Shown piece after piece: positions 55,311 to 64,000 of a DNA stretch of 64,000 nt. Position 1 is the stretch's first letter. Every line of letters begins with the position of its first letter. The stretch comes from an uncultured Candidatus Saccharibacteria bacterium (GTDB taxonomy: Bacteria; Patescibacteriota; Minisyncoccia; Phycocordibacterales; Zambryskibacteraceae): the NCBI GenBank assembly GCA_964383705.1, contig CAYLHJ010000002.1, positions 1,635 through 65,634 on the forward strand, in the 5' to 3' direction. Position numbers and translations under genes: made by a program. The notes under the pieces are model-generated. The model did no database searches. It was not told where the DNA came from and saw nothing but the letters and a program-made list of their open reading frames with translations.

Positions 55311-57443
55311 ATGAATGAAAAACTTCTAAAAGCCTACGATCCTAAAGAGACGGAGCAAAGAATATATGAGAAATGGGAAAAGAGTGGCTATTTTAACCCA
55401 GACAATCTTCCTGGAGAAAGAAGGGGTCCATTTACTATTGTAATGCCACCACCAAATTCTAATGGTAATCTCCACACAGGACACTCACTATTTATAACGC
55501 TTGAGGATATAATCACCCGATTCAAGAGAATGTGTGGATACAAAGCTTTGTGGCTACCCGGGGCTGATCATGCCGGATTTGAAACTCAAGTAGTTTATGA
55601 AAGAAAACTCGAAAAAGAAGGCCGCTCGAGATTTGGTATGGATCCCAAAGAGCTCTACAGCGAGATACTCTCCTTTACTTTGGAAAATAAAAAAAATATG
55701 GAGTCTCAGGTCAGAATGCTCGGGGCATCTTGCGATTGGTCCCGTGAAAAATTTACTCTTGACGATGAGGTGGTTAGGAAAACTCAAAAAACTTTCATTA
55801 AAATGTTTGATGAAGGATTAATTTATCGAGGAAAGCGCGCAATTAATTGGTGCTCAAAACACCAAACCTCACTCTCTGATGTTGAAACAGAAACAACGGA
55901 GGAAAACACACCGCTTTATTATTTTAAATATGGACCGTTTGAAATAGCGACCGTTAGACCTGAAACTAAATTTGGGGATAAATATGTTGTTATGCATCCA
56001 GATGACAGCAGATATAAGGAATATTCTCATAATCAAAAAATTAAAGTTGAATGGATAAACGGAGAGATAGAAGCGACTATCATTAAAGATAAATCTATAG
56101 ACATGAATTTTGGTACAGGAGTTATGACCATCACTCCGTGGCATTCTCAAATTGATTATGAAATCGCGAAACGACATGGCCTAGACATAGAACAAATAAT
56201 TGATTGGCGAGGTAAATTACTGCCTATTGCTGAAGAATTTTCAGGAATAAGCATAAAAGAAGCCAGACCAAAAATAGTTGAAAAATTAAATGCAAAGGGT
56301 TTACTTACTCGTGTAGATGATAAATATCAAAATGCGGTCAAGAGATGCTACAAATGCAATACAATTATTGAACCTCAGATAAAAGATCAGTGGTTTGTGA
56401 AGATGGAACCATTAGCTCGGATGGCTATCGAATCAGTTAATCGTGGTGATATTAAATTTATCCCCAATAACTATGAGAAGATATTTCGATATTGGATGGA
56501 AAATAGTCAGGATTGGAATATATCAAGGCAAATAGTTTGGGGAATACCAATTCCAGCTTGGTTTAAAGATGACAAGGTTCATGCAAGCATTGAAAAACCG
56601 CCCGGAGACGGTTGGATTGCCGATTCTGACACCTTTGATACTTGGTTCTCAAGTGGCCAATGGCCTCTTATGATGACCGGCTTCCCTGAAAATAAGGATT
56701 TTAAAGAATATTATCCTACAGACATAATGGAAACTGGTCATGACCTAATTTTCAAGTGGGTACCAAGAATGATTATGTTTGGCCTTTACCTTACACAAAA
56801 ACCACCATTTCATACTGTCTACCTCCACGGTCTTGTAAATGATGCTCAGGGCAAAAAAATGAGTAAATCTAAAGGAAATACAATAAACCCGACCGATCTG
56901 ACAGAAAAATACGGAACTGATGCCTTACGAATGGCTCTTGTTGTCGGTAACGCTCCTGGAATGGATTTGGCCCTCCGTGAAGACAAGGTAAAGGGCTATA
57001 AGCACTTTGCCAATAAGATATGGAATGCCTCTCGCTTTGTATTAGAAAACACAGAAAATATAGATTACGAAAAAATACCAAATTTGTTGGAGGGAGATAA
57101 AAAATATATCGATGAGATGGATAAAATCTTTGAAGACATCACTCAAGATCTAAATAAACTCAGATTCCATCTTGCATCGGAAAAAATCTATCACTATTTC
57201 TGGCACACATTTGCTGACATAATTATAGAGTCATCTAAAAATATAATATTCAATGGAACTGAGTCTGAGAAAGAGTCGGCACAATGGACGATCTACCACA
57301 TTCTTATTTCATCGCTTAGATTGCTTCACCCATTCATGCCATTTATTACAGAAGAAATTTGGTCATTTCTACCACACAATAACAAAAAAATACTTATGGT
57401 CGAATCTTGGCCAGTCAAAATAATAGATGACAATATCAGTTGA
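55311..57443 (+). CDS. valS: valyl-tRNA synthetase (short form without C-terminal coiled-coil)
   Basis: Class I HIGH (PPPNSNGNLHTGHSL) and KMSKS (KMSKSKGN). The ValRS-type N-terminus YDPKETEQRIYEKWEKSGYFNP. LWLPGADHAGFETQ. 710 aa. Confidence 0.85.
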   Translation: MNEKLLKAYDPKETEQRIYEKWEKSGYFNPDNLPGERRGPFTIVMPPPNSNGNLHTGHSLFITLEDIITRFKRMCGYKALWLPGADHAGFETQVVYERKLEKEGRSRFGMDPKELYSEILSFTLENKKNMESQVRMLGASCDWSREKFTLDDEVVRKTQKTFIKMFDEGLIYRGKRAINWCSKHQTSLSDVETETTEENTPLYYFKYGPFEIATVRPETKFGDKYVVMHPDDSRYKEYSHNQKIKVEWINGEIEATIIKDKSIDMNFGTGVMTITPWHSQIDYEIAKRHGLDIEQIIDWRGKLLPIAEEFSGISIKEARPKIVEKLNAKGLLTRVDDKYQNAVKRCYKCNTIIEPQIKDQWFVKMEPLARMAIESVNRGDIKFIPNNYEKIFRYWMENSQDWNISRQIVWGIPIPAWFKDDKVHASIEKPPGDGWIADSDTFDTWFSSGQWPLMMTGFPENKDFKEYYPTDIMETGHDLIFKWVPRMIMFGLYLTQKPPFHTVYLHGLVNDAQGKKMSKSKGNTINPTDLTEKYGTDALRMALVVGNAPGMDLALREDKVKGYKHFANKIWNASRFVLENTENIDYEKIPNLLEGDKKYIDEMDKIFEDITQDLNKLRFHLASEKIYHYFWHTFADIIIESSKNIIFNGTESEKESAQWTIYHILISSLRLLHPFMPFITEEIWSFLPHNNKKILMVESWPVKIIDDNIS

Positions 57444-58122
57444 GACAATCTTTTTTTCATTGGTCGGCGGTATTGTTCCATCAATACTGTGGCTTTTCTT
57501 TTGGCTAAAAGAAGATAAAAAGCGACCCGAACCACGAGGGCTCATCGCATTAACTTTTATTTGTGGAATGCTAATGGTGCCCCTTGTCATCCCATTTCAA
57601 AAACTAACGCAGATTGACTCAAATGGAACCCTTACATTTTTCATTTGGGCGACACTTGAAGAATCGTTAAAATTCGCCGCGGCATACTTTATAGCTATAC
57701 GACGCAAAGAAGATAACGAACCAGTAGATGGTCTCATATACATAATGACAGCCGCACTGGGGTTCGCGGCTCTTGAAAATGCGATATTTATATTCCAACC
57801 ACTTTCAAGTGGCAATGTAACCGAAAGCCTTATCACGGGAAATATCCGTTTTATTGGAGCAAGCCTACTTCACACTATTTCTTCCGCGGTTATTGGAATA
57901 GCCCTTGGTTTATCATTCTACAAAGATAAGTTCACAAAACTTTTTAGTGTTCTATTCGCATTACTTATCGCAATCGCATTGCATACTGCGTTCAACTTAT
58001 TTATAATGAAAGAGCATAGTGGAACAACATTTGCCACCTTCGGATTTGTCTGGATTACGATTGTTGTTTTAATGCTCTTTTTTGAGAAAATAAAGAAAAT
58101 ATACCCAGTAAATAAAATATAA
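57427..58122 (+). CDS. PrsW-like intramembrane metalloprotease
   Basis: Polytopic. Motifs ATLEESLKF (EExxK-like), GFAALEN and a conserved His (LLHTISSA). Its start overlaps the valS stop. Confidence 0.6.
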   Translation: MTISVETIFFSLVGGIVPSILWLFFWLKEDKKRPEPRGLIALTFICGMLMVPLVIPFQKLTQIDSNGTLTFFIWATLEESLKFAAAYFIAIRRKEDNEPVDGLIYIMTAALGFAALENAIFIFQPLSSGNVTESLITGNIRFIGASLLHTISSAVIGIALGLSFYKDKFTKLFSVLFALLIAIALHTAFNLFIMKEHSGTTFATFGFVWITIVVLMLFFEKIKKIYPVNKI

Positions 58123-58125
58123 AAA

Positions 58126-58590
58126 ATGTTCAAGGATAAAAGATCTTTTTTTGAAAAATTAACCGGCTCTGTAAGGATAGAGGATGATGATTTAGAGCCA
58201 GCTGTGCCTATAAAAGCTCGAAATAACGAAAGTGCTGAATGGCTTGAAGAGGAGGCAGAAGATGGTCAGCTTACTGTTGATGTATACGAAACTCCGTCAG
58301 AAATTATTATTAAAACAATGGTTGCCGGAGTTAAACCAGAAGACCTTGATATATCTATCACGAGGGAAATGGTCACTATCAGGGGAAAGCGAGAGGAAGA
58401 CCGAAGTGCGTCTTCTGAGGATTACTTCCATAGAGAGCTTTATTGGGGATCATTTTCTCGTACCATTGTCCTGCCAAAAGAAGTCGATATAGACGAAGCG
58501 GAAGCAGTTGAAAAATATGGCTTACTTATATTGAAACTACCAAAATTAGACAAAAACAAAGAAGCTCGACTAAAGGTAAGGGGCTCTTAA
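58126..58590 (+). CDS. Hsp20/alpha-crystallin small heat-shock protein
   Basis: Alpha-crystallin domain (LTVDVYETPSEIIIKTMVAGVKPEDLDISI..VTIRGKREE..SFSRTIVLPKEVD..AEAVEKYGLLILKLPK). Confidence 0.85.
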   Translation: MFKDKRSFFEKLTGSVRIEDDDLEPAVPIKARNNESAEWLEEEAEDGQLTVDVYETPSEIIIKTMVAGVKPEDLDISITREMVTIRGKREEDRSASSEDYFHRELYWGSFSRTIVLPKEVDIDEAEAVEKYGLLILKLPKLDKNKEARLKVRGS

Positions 58591-58595
58591 AAATG

Positions 58596-58669
58596 TGCTT
58601 GGACCCAGGTTCGAACTGGGGACCCTTCGCTCTTCAGGCGAATGCTCTACCAACTGAGCTATCCAAGCT
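58596..58669 (-). tRNA. tRNA-Phe (anticodon GAA)
   Basis: Reverse complement: gcttgga tagctcagttggtagagc attcgc cuGAAga gcgaa ... ttcgaac ... tccaagc a. Confidence 0.85.
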
Positions 58670-58727
58670 TGTTTTGTTTATTAATCAGCAATACCACCCA
58701 CCAAAACAACTAGAAGTATAATTTAGT

Positions 58728-58973
58728 TTAATCAAAAAAACCATTTACACTGTCAACCGTACCTTTTATTCCACCATACACCTCTCTTAATTGGTCAATA
58801 TACGGTTGGAAAAAATAGAGCGCCCCAACTGATACTCCGATGATAACCAGCCAATAAACAATACGGACAAGCCGAGCCCATCGCATTGTTCGGAGCATTT
58901 TTTTTAAGATCTTATTGTTTTCCTCAGAAAGCTCCAACGCCCTTACTAGTCTTCTTTTGTCTTCGGTATCCAT
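58728..58973 (-). CDS. hypothetical small membrane protein
   Basis: 81 aa with one TM helix (LVRIVYWLVIIGVSVGALYFF). Confidence 0.4.
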   Translation of the reverse strand: MDTEDKRRLVRALELSEENNKILKKMLRTMRWARLVRIVYWLVIIGVSVGALYFFQPYIDQLREVYGGIKGTVDSVNGFFD

Positions 58974-59021
58974 AGAGCCTTAAAACTATAACAAAAATTA
59001 CCCAAAATACAAATAAGGTTG

Positions 59022-59093
59022 TGCTCTCGGCAGGAATCGAACCTACAATGGTCCCTTAGGACGGGACAGTTATATCCATTTAACTACGAGAGC
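59022..59093 (-). tRNA. tRNA-Arg (anticodon CCT)
   Basis: Reverse complement: acceptor gctctcg/cgagagc, anticodon stem gtccc/gggac with loop guCCUaa, T-arm taggttcgattcctg. Confidence 0.7.
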
Positions 59094-59129
59094 ATTATCG
59101 AACTATAATATACAACTGGTAAAATTAAA

Positions 59130-59160
59130 AACCCCGCATGGTTGTAAGGCGGGGTTTTTA
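59130..59160 (-). terminator. rho-independent terminator downstream of the glutaredoxin-like gene
   Basis: Hairpin aaccccgcatggttgtaaggcggggtt with T-runs on both sides. Confidence 0.65.
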
Positions 59161-59170
59161 ATTTTTACTC

Positions 59171-59407
59171 TTAAGCGGTGATTCCTAATAGCTCCGAGAG
59201 TCGATCTTTATCAAACCCAACAACCATCTCATCATCGACAAAGATTACCGGAACACCCATTTGGCTACTTCTTTCAATCATTTCTTGCCGTTTAGCAAGA
59301 TCTGATGCGACATCAAAAGTCTCGAACTGAACATTATTTGCCTTAAAAAACTCTTTTGCCGCATTGCAATATACGCAGGACGGAGTTGAATAAATAACTA
59401 CTTTTTT
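59171..59407 (-). CDS. glutaredoxin/NrdH-like thioredoxin-fold protein
   Basis: MKKVVIYSTPSCVYCNAAKEFF with a CxxC active site. C-terminal GVPVIFVDDEMVVGFD. Confidence 0.8.
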   Translation of the reverse strand, partial: KKVVIYSTPSCVYCNAAKEFFKANNVQFETFDVASDLAKRQEMIERSSQMGVPVIFVDDEMVVGFDKDRLSELLGITA

Positions 59408-59528
59408 CATTTCACTTAACAAGTAAACTGATAATGGTTTAGTATACCGCAGAAGAAAAAAGAACTCAAATATTTAGGTCTCAATTGCTGAGAAAATAAC
59501 TTATCTTGTCCCCAAAATTATAATTTTG

Positions 59529-59599
59529 TGCGAGTAGGGGGAATCGAACCCCCGCCCGATGCTTGGGAAGCACCAGTTCTACCACTAAACCATACTCGC
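59529..59599 (-). tRNA. tRNA-Gly (anticodon CCC)
   Basis: Reverse complement: gcgagta tggtttagtggtagaac tggtgc uuCCCaa gcatc ... gggggttcgattccccc tactcgc a. Confidence 0.8.
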
Positions 59600-59606
59600 A
59601 TGGTAT

Positions 59607-59996
59607 TTAATTTTTAAAAAACTGCGAAATCCAATCACTTATTTTAATAAATATTGATCTGTCATCACTTTTTACCCCATCCTCACCCCCTTCTTCCTCT
59701 ATTACAAGTATAACTTCTTCTCCGTCTCTGGCTACACTAAATTTATCACGAACTTCTCTCTCTAAGCCCTGGGAAGTCTTTAAATACGACATTGAAGAAG
59801 ACAGTTCGGCCTCTCTTTTCTCAAGAGATTTAAGATATAGTCTAGCTCTCAATAAATCATCTTCGCTCTCTCTTTGTTTTTTAATCACCCCAAGCGTACC
59901 TTTAACAATAAGAATTGTGATGATGCATAATACCAAAAAAGTGGTTCGAGAATAAATACGTTTTCTTATTTTTTTTATTCTTTGAAAATCTTCCAT
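59607..59996 (-). CDS. septum formation initiator (FtsB/DivIC/FtsL-like): TM plus coiled-coil
   Basis: Basic N-terminus, one TM (TFLVLCIITILIV), then a heptad-rich coiled-coil (LLRARLYLKSLEKREAELSS). Confidence 0.55.
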   Translation of the reverse strand: MEDFQRIKKIRKRIYSRTTFLVLCIITILIVKGTLGVIKKQRESEDDLLRARLYLKSLEKREAELSSSMSYLKTSQGLEREVRDKFSVARDGEEVILVIEEEGGEDGVKSDDRSIFIKISDWISQFFKN

Positions 59997-60151
59997 ATAT
60001 ACGATAATCTAAATAGTATACAACCAATACAATATGTTATTTCAACAAAAAAACAAAAAGGCAATACAGATAATTTGGACAGTTATTTGTATACTTATTA
60101 TTGTAAGTATGATTGCTTTCTCTGCGCCATCGCTATTCACAAATTAAATAT

Positions 60152-61942
60152 CTAATCCGAACGCATCATCTTGAGAAAGACATCGTGCGGGATATTCACT
60201 CTCCCCTCCTCTTTCATCCTCTTTTTACCCTTTTTTTGCTTTTCCCAAAGCTTCTTTTTTCTTGTTATGTCTCCACCATAGAGATATCCCGTGACATCTT
60301 TACGAAGAGCCGACATCGTTCTTGATGAGATAATCCTACCGAGAGCCTTGCCTTGAATTTTTGTAACAAACATTTGTTTTGGTAAAACAGAAAAAAGTTT
60401 CTCTACTGCCGATTCGGCCTCCGTTTCAACTAATCTCTTAGCGACAATTCGTGAAAATGCAGGAACAACTTCATCGGCCACTAAAATATCTAATCTCGTA
60501 ACATCCGCTTCTCGCATTTCAGATAGTTCATATGACATTGAAGCAAATCCAGATGACACGCTTTTAACCTGATCAAAAAAATTCCTCATCAGCTCACGAA
60601 GAGGCATATGTAATGTTAGCTTTGTACGAACTCCACCGAAAGTTTCAGTATCTTTCACTTCTGCTTCATGGTCATAAAGTATCTGCATAAGCTGACCAAT
60701 ATAAGACATTGGTGAAATAATCACTACGGTCGCCCAGGGTTCAAAAACTTTATTTATCTGGAAATCCTCTGGAAAATAAACGGGAGAATAGACCGTCTGC
60801 TTTTTTCCATTCTTTAATTCGACTTCATATGTGATACTCGGAGAAGTTACAATGAGCGATAAATTAAATTCCCTCCTGAGTCTCTCTGTAATAATTTCAA
60901 GATGAAGCATCCCAAGAAAACCTGAGCGATACCCTCTTCCGAGCGCCCCAGATGATTCTTCTTCATATGAAAACGATGAATCAGAAAGCCTAAGACGGCC
61001 TAAGGCAAGTTTCAAAAGAGGAAAATCATCCTGGCTCTCTGGGTAAATTGATGCCCAGACAACAGGCCTTGGGCTCATATAACCAGGAAGAGGCGGGGTC
61101 TTACTTCCAAAAAAGGTTACGGTGTCTCCGACGGAAGCAATGCCTGGTTCTTTTATACCGGTAACAAGATACCCGATTTCACCTGATACGAGCTCATCTT
61201 TCGAGACTTCTTCTGGAGAAAATATTCCGACTTCCATTGGAGCAAAACGCTCTTTACCGACTTGAAAAACAAGAGAATCACCACGCTTTGCTTTGCCATT
61301 CATTACTCTGACGAAAACAACAACACCTTTATGATTGGAATACTTGAAATCAAAAATCAAACCCCTAAAAATGCTCGAATCAGAAAGTTCGTCTTTGGGT
61401 GGAGGAATACGCGCCACTATTTCCTGAAGAAGTTTCTCCACACCCTCGCCTGTCCTGCCAGATACTTCTAAAACAGTGCCTATATCCACCCCAAGTAATT
61501 GCGCGATTTCTTGTTTTACTTCTCTTGTCCTTGCCAATGGCGAATCTATCTTGCTCACAACAGGGATAAGAACTAAACCTGCGTCCTGGGCCATTGAAAG
61601 AGTGGTCAGCGTCTGAGCTTGGACACCTTGAGTCGCATCAACAAGGATAATTCCACCCTCGACCGCCTTAAGAGCGCGTGATACCTCGTAAGAAAAATCA
61701 ATATGGCCTGGGGTGTCGATTAAATTAAATATGTAATTTTGTTCATTACATTTAAAATTCATTCTAACCGGCTGCATTTTTATAGTAATACCACGCTCTC
61801 GTTCAAGATCCATGGAATCCAAGACTTGATCGCGCATCTTTCTACTTTCAACAGTATTAGTAATTTCAAGCATACGATCAGCTAATGTTGATTTTCCGTG
61901 ATCAATGTGGGCAATAATTGAGAAATTCCGTATATTTTTCAT
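60152..61942 (-). CDS. lepA: elongation factor 4 (LepA)
   Basis: G domain (IRNFSIIAHIDHGKSTLADRMLE, DTPGHIDF) and the LepA-specific C-terminal domain. Confidence 0.95.
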   Translation of the reverse strand: MKNIRNFSIIAHIDHGKSTLADRMLEITNTVESRKMRDQVLDSMDLERERGITIKMQPVRMNFKCNEQNYIFNLIDTPGHIDFSYEVSRALKAVEGGIILVDATQGVQAQTLTTLSMAQDAGLVLIPVVSKIDSPLARTREVKQEIAQLLGVDIGTVLEVSGRTGEGVEKLLQEIVARIPPPKDELSDSSIFRGLIFDFKYSNHKGVVVFVRVMNGKAKRGDSLVFQVGKERFAPMEVGIFSPEEVSKDELVSGEIGYLVTGIKEPGIASVGDTVTFFGSKTPPLPGYMSPRPVVWASIYPESQDDFPLLKLALGRLRLSDSSFSYEEESSGALGRGYRSGFLGMLHLEIITERLRREFNLSLIVTSPSITYEVELKNGKKQTVYSPVYFPEDFQINKVFEPWATVVIISPMSYIGQLMQILYDHEAEVKDTETFGGVRTKLTLHMPLRELMRNFFDQVKSVSSGFASMSYELSEMREADVTRLDILVADEVVPAFSRIVAKRLVETEAESAVEKLFSVLPKQMFVTKIQGKALGRIISSRTMSALRKDVTGYLYGGDITRKKKLWEKQKKGKKRMKEEGRVNIPHDVFLKMMRSD

Positions 61943-61982
61943 GCCGGGTCATTTTATCTGATAGATACCAAAAAATAAAGGA

Positions 61983-63659
61983 TTATAAAAGCTCAGCGTC
62001 TGGTGAAAGAGTCTTCGTCTTCCAAAACTTCTGGTGAAGCGTCTTTTGAATGTCTGTGAGTTCTGGACTTTCAAGCGCCCGTAAAACAAAAACTAATGAA
62101 ATTATTCCACAAAGAGCGGATAGCGTCGCTTGAGTAAATACTCCCCAAAAAGTATCTAGAGAGATAAAGAGATTAAAAAAACGAAGAGAAAGAAATGTAA
62201 CAAAACCCATTATGACTGAAGCTGAAAATACCCTAAAAAGAGATGCTAGGAGCGGAGAAGAAAATCCTTTGCAGTACTTATTAAATAGAATCCAAATTAG
62301 TGTCCCCTCAAGAATACTGCCGAAAGTGAAACCTAGAGCAAGCATAGAAACAACAGAACCAGAAATATCGGGAATCTTAAGAAGCGTCTCCATAAAATAA
62401 CGAAAGGTTGGAAATAATTCAAAAAGACGGACAAAAATGTAAGAAAATAAGATGGTGGAGATGCCAGAGAGAAAAGTTATATAAAAAGGCTTCCCGGTCG
62501 ATCCCATCGAATAAAGAGCTCTTACAAAAAGGAGTACTAGTGACTGAAAAACCAGTGAGACACAAAATAGGGCCAGAACAGCGGCCGTAAGCCTAGTGTC
62601 AGTCCAATCAAATTGCCCCGCCCCCAAAACAATACGAACAATATGTGCCCTTAAAACAATAAATAGCACGCTTGACGGAACAACCCAAAATAAGATGTGA
62701 CGAGCTGATATTAAGAACTGAGATAAAAATTTTTCCTTCTCCCCAGAAACAAAAAATCTGGATAGTGTTGGAAAAGCTGCCATTGAATAACTAACGCCAA
62801 AGATACTAAGAGGTACTGACTGAAGATTAAAAGCCAAATTAAATATTGAAATAGAACCAGCCGTCATAAGCGAGGCAAATGAAAGTAAAAAAAAGATAAC
62901 GATGTGAGAAACCGACAAAGTAAAGGTGCGAGGGAAAGAAAGAAATAGAACTTTTTTTATACAAGAGAAGTTTGGTTTGAGCGTGAGTTTTGGTAAAACT
63001 CCAAGATGCAACACAGTTGGGACCTGCACAAGGAGATGAAGTGCCGCCCCGACTATTACACCCCAAGCAAGACCAGAGAGACCAAAATAAGGGTAGAGAA
63101 AGAGAATACCTAAAATAATCCCAATATTATATAAAAGCGGACTTATTGCATAAACAAAAAAACGATTTCGGGATTGAATAAGACTTCCGAAAAGATTTGA
63201 TATGCCGAGCAAGATCGGTGATAGAAGGATTATTCTCGCCAATGAAATTGTAATTTCTATCTCTCTTGCAGAAAAACCTGGGAAAAGCTTATCAATTAGG
63301 AGAGGGGTTAGAAAGAAAACTATCACACTCACCGCAAGTATAAGCCAGATAAAAAAAGTAAATATGTTATCAACAAAGGTCTGGTATCGTTCCGCCCCTT
63401 TCTCTTGCTCCCCAATTAAAAATGGAATTAGAACAGAAAGAGAAACGAGGGACCCAATCGTTACAAATAAAAAGTCTGGAATACGAAAGGCCGCATAATA
63501 AAGATCCAGGCTGGTGCTTGCGCCAAATGAGTAAGCAAGTAATTTATCTCTTACAAGAGCGAGAATCTGCGACAAGAGAGCAAAAAAACCCAAAAGGAAT
63601 GCGGCTTGATGGACCCCCCCAACCTCTTTATTAAAGATTTTTATTACTGATTCCACCAT
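61983..63659 (-). CDS. murJ: lipid II flippase MurJ (MviN family)
   Basis: About 14 predicted TM helices. MurJ-like N-terminal region with the conserved Arg context (YYAAFRIPDFLF). Confidence 0.8.
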   Translation of the reverse strand: MVESVIKIFNKEVGGVHQAAFLLGFFALLSQILALVRDKLLAYSFGASTSLDLYYAAFRIPDFLFVTIGSLVSLSVLIPFLIGEQEKGAERYQTFVDNIFTFFIWLILAVSVIVFFLTPLLIDKLFPGFSAREIEITISLARIILLSPILLGISNLFGSLIQSRNRFFVYAISPLLYNIGIILGILFLYPYFGLSGLAWGVIVGAALHLLVQVPTVLHLGVLPKLTLKPNFSCIKKVLFLSFPRTFTLSVSHIVIFFLLSFASLMTAGSISIFNLAFNLQSVPLSIFGVSYSMAAFPTLSRFFVSGEKEKFLSQFLISARHILFWVVPSSVLFIVLRAHIVRIVLGAGQFDWTDTRLTAAVLALFCVSLVFQSLVLLFVRALYSMGSTGKPFYITFLSGISTILFSYIFVRLFELFPTFRYFMETLLKIPDISGSVVSMLALGFTFGSILEGTLIWILFNKYCKGFSSPLLASLFRVFSASVIMGFVTFLSLRFFNLFISLDTFWGVFTQATLSALCGIISLVFVLRALESPELTDIQKTLHQKFWKTKTLSPDAELL

Positions 63660-63673
63660 CTATCAAAAAATCA

Positions 63674-63973
63674 CTAATTATCTTGTTCCAAAGGTAGCGT
63701 TGGTCGTTTTTCTGGACTAGCATCGACTGGTGGCTTAGCATCAGTAAATGGATCTTTACCTGATAGTAAATTGTTTAAGATAAGTGTTAATTCTGGATTA
63801 TTTGGGTTTGTTATATTCAATTCGGAAAATTGTTTAATTGATTCATCAATTTCTCCTAAACGATAAAGAGATAGCCCGAGAAAATATTTTGCATTTGCAT
63901 ATTCTGGGACTATTTCTATTGCGCGCGCGAATGATTCAGTGGCCCCAGAAAAATCCCTACCGTTATATTTCAA
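63674..63973 (-). CDS. TPR-repeat protein, C-terminal part (N-terminus probably beyond the window end)
   Basis: TPR-like AKYFLGLSLYRLGEIDESIKQF. The ORF runs to the window edge. Confidence 0.45.
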   Translation of the reverse strand: MKYNGRDFSGATESFARAIEIVPEYANAKYFLGLSLYRLGEIDESIKQFSELNITNPNNPELTLILNNLLSGKDPFTDAKPPVDASPEKRPTLPLEQDN

Positions 63974-64000
63974 AAGACCTAACTGAAAAAATAACCCTGG

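Noticed and set aside
1-64000. CRISPR arrays, rRNA genes, transposases and integrases
   Set aside because: I scanned for short regularly spaced direct repeats, 16S/23S-like conserved blocks, and DDE or tyrosine-recombinase motifs and saw none. The only long exact repeat is the 585-bp intragenic duplication.

Overview
Low-GC, gene-dense bacterial segment with short intergenic gaps, many overlapping starts and stops, and rho-independent terminators. Hand counts of several 60-nt lines give about 30-42% GC. I called about 60 CDS and 13 tRNA genes, and found no rRNA, CRISPR array, transposase or integrase. The backbone is housekeeping:
- Cell division: ftsQ-like, ftsA, ftsZ, an FtsB/DivIC-like gene, murJ.
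- Translation and tRNA: serS, valS, a HisRS-like gene, infB, rbfA, rpsA, rpsU, rpmG, pth, miaA, tsaD, lepA.
- DNA: topA, gyrA, parB, dprA.
- Proteostasis and stress: clpB, a second membrane-anchored Clp-like ATPase, Hsp20, a PrsW-like protease, trxB, a glutaredoxin-like gene, a compact Rel.
Several proteins are shortened relative to canonical bacterial forms (IF-2 about 500 aa, ValRS about 710 aa, Rel about 506 aa). Together with the sortase-type and pilin-like envelope genes, this fits a small-genome, Gram-positive-type lineage such as CPR/Patescibacteria. That lineage call is an inference from gene content.
Accessory content worth attention:
- A tandem array of six paralogous small two-helix membrane proteins with VirB2/TrbC (type IV secretion pilin)-like architecture. 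It sits beside a GC-rich island encoding an SPFH protein and a lytic-transglycosylase-domain membrane protein, just after a four-tRNA cluster.
- A sortase locus: two CAP-domain proteins, a sortase, and a 1439-aa surface protein with an LPxxG-like sorting signal.
- A second large surface protein carrying a perfect 585-bp internal direct repeat.
- A membrane-anchored ClpC-like ATPase with a degenerate first AAA module.
- Several GC-rich patches (about 50-65% GC against the roughly 35% background), most of them next to tRNA genes. One is a 1-kb patch with no credible ORF.
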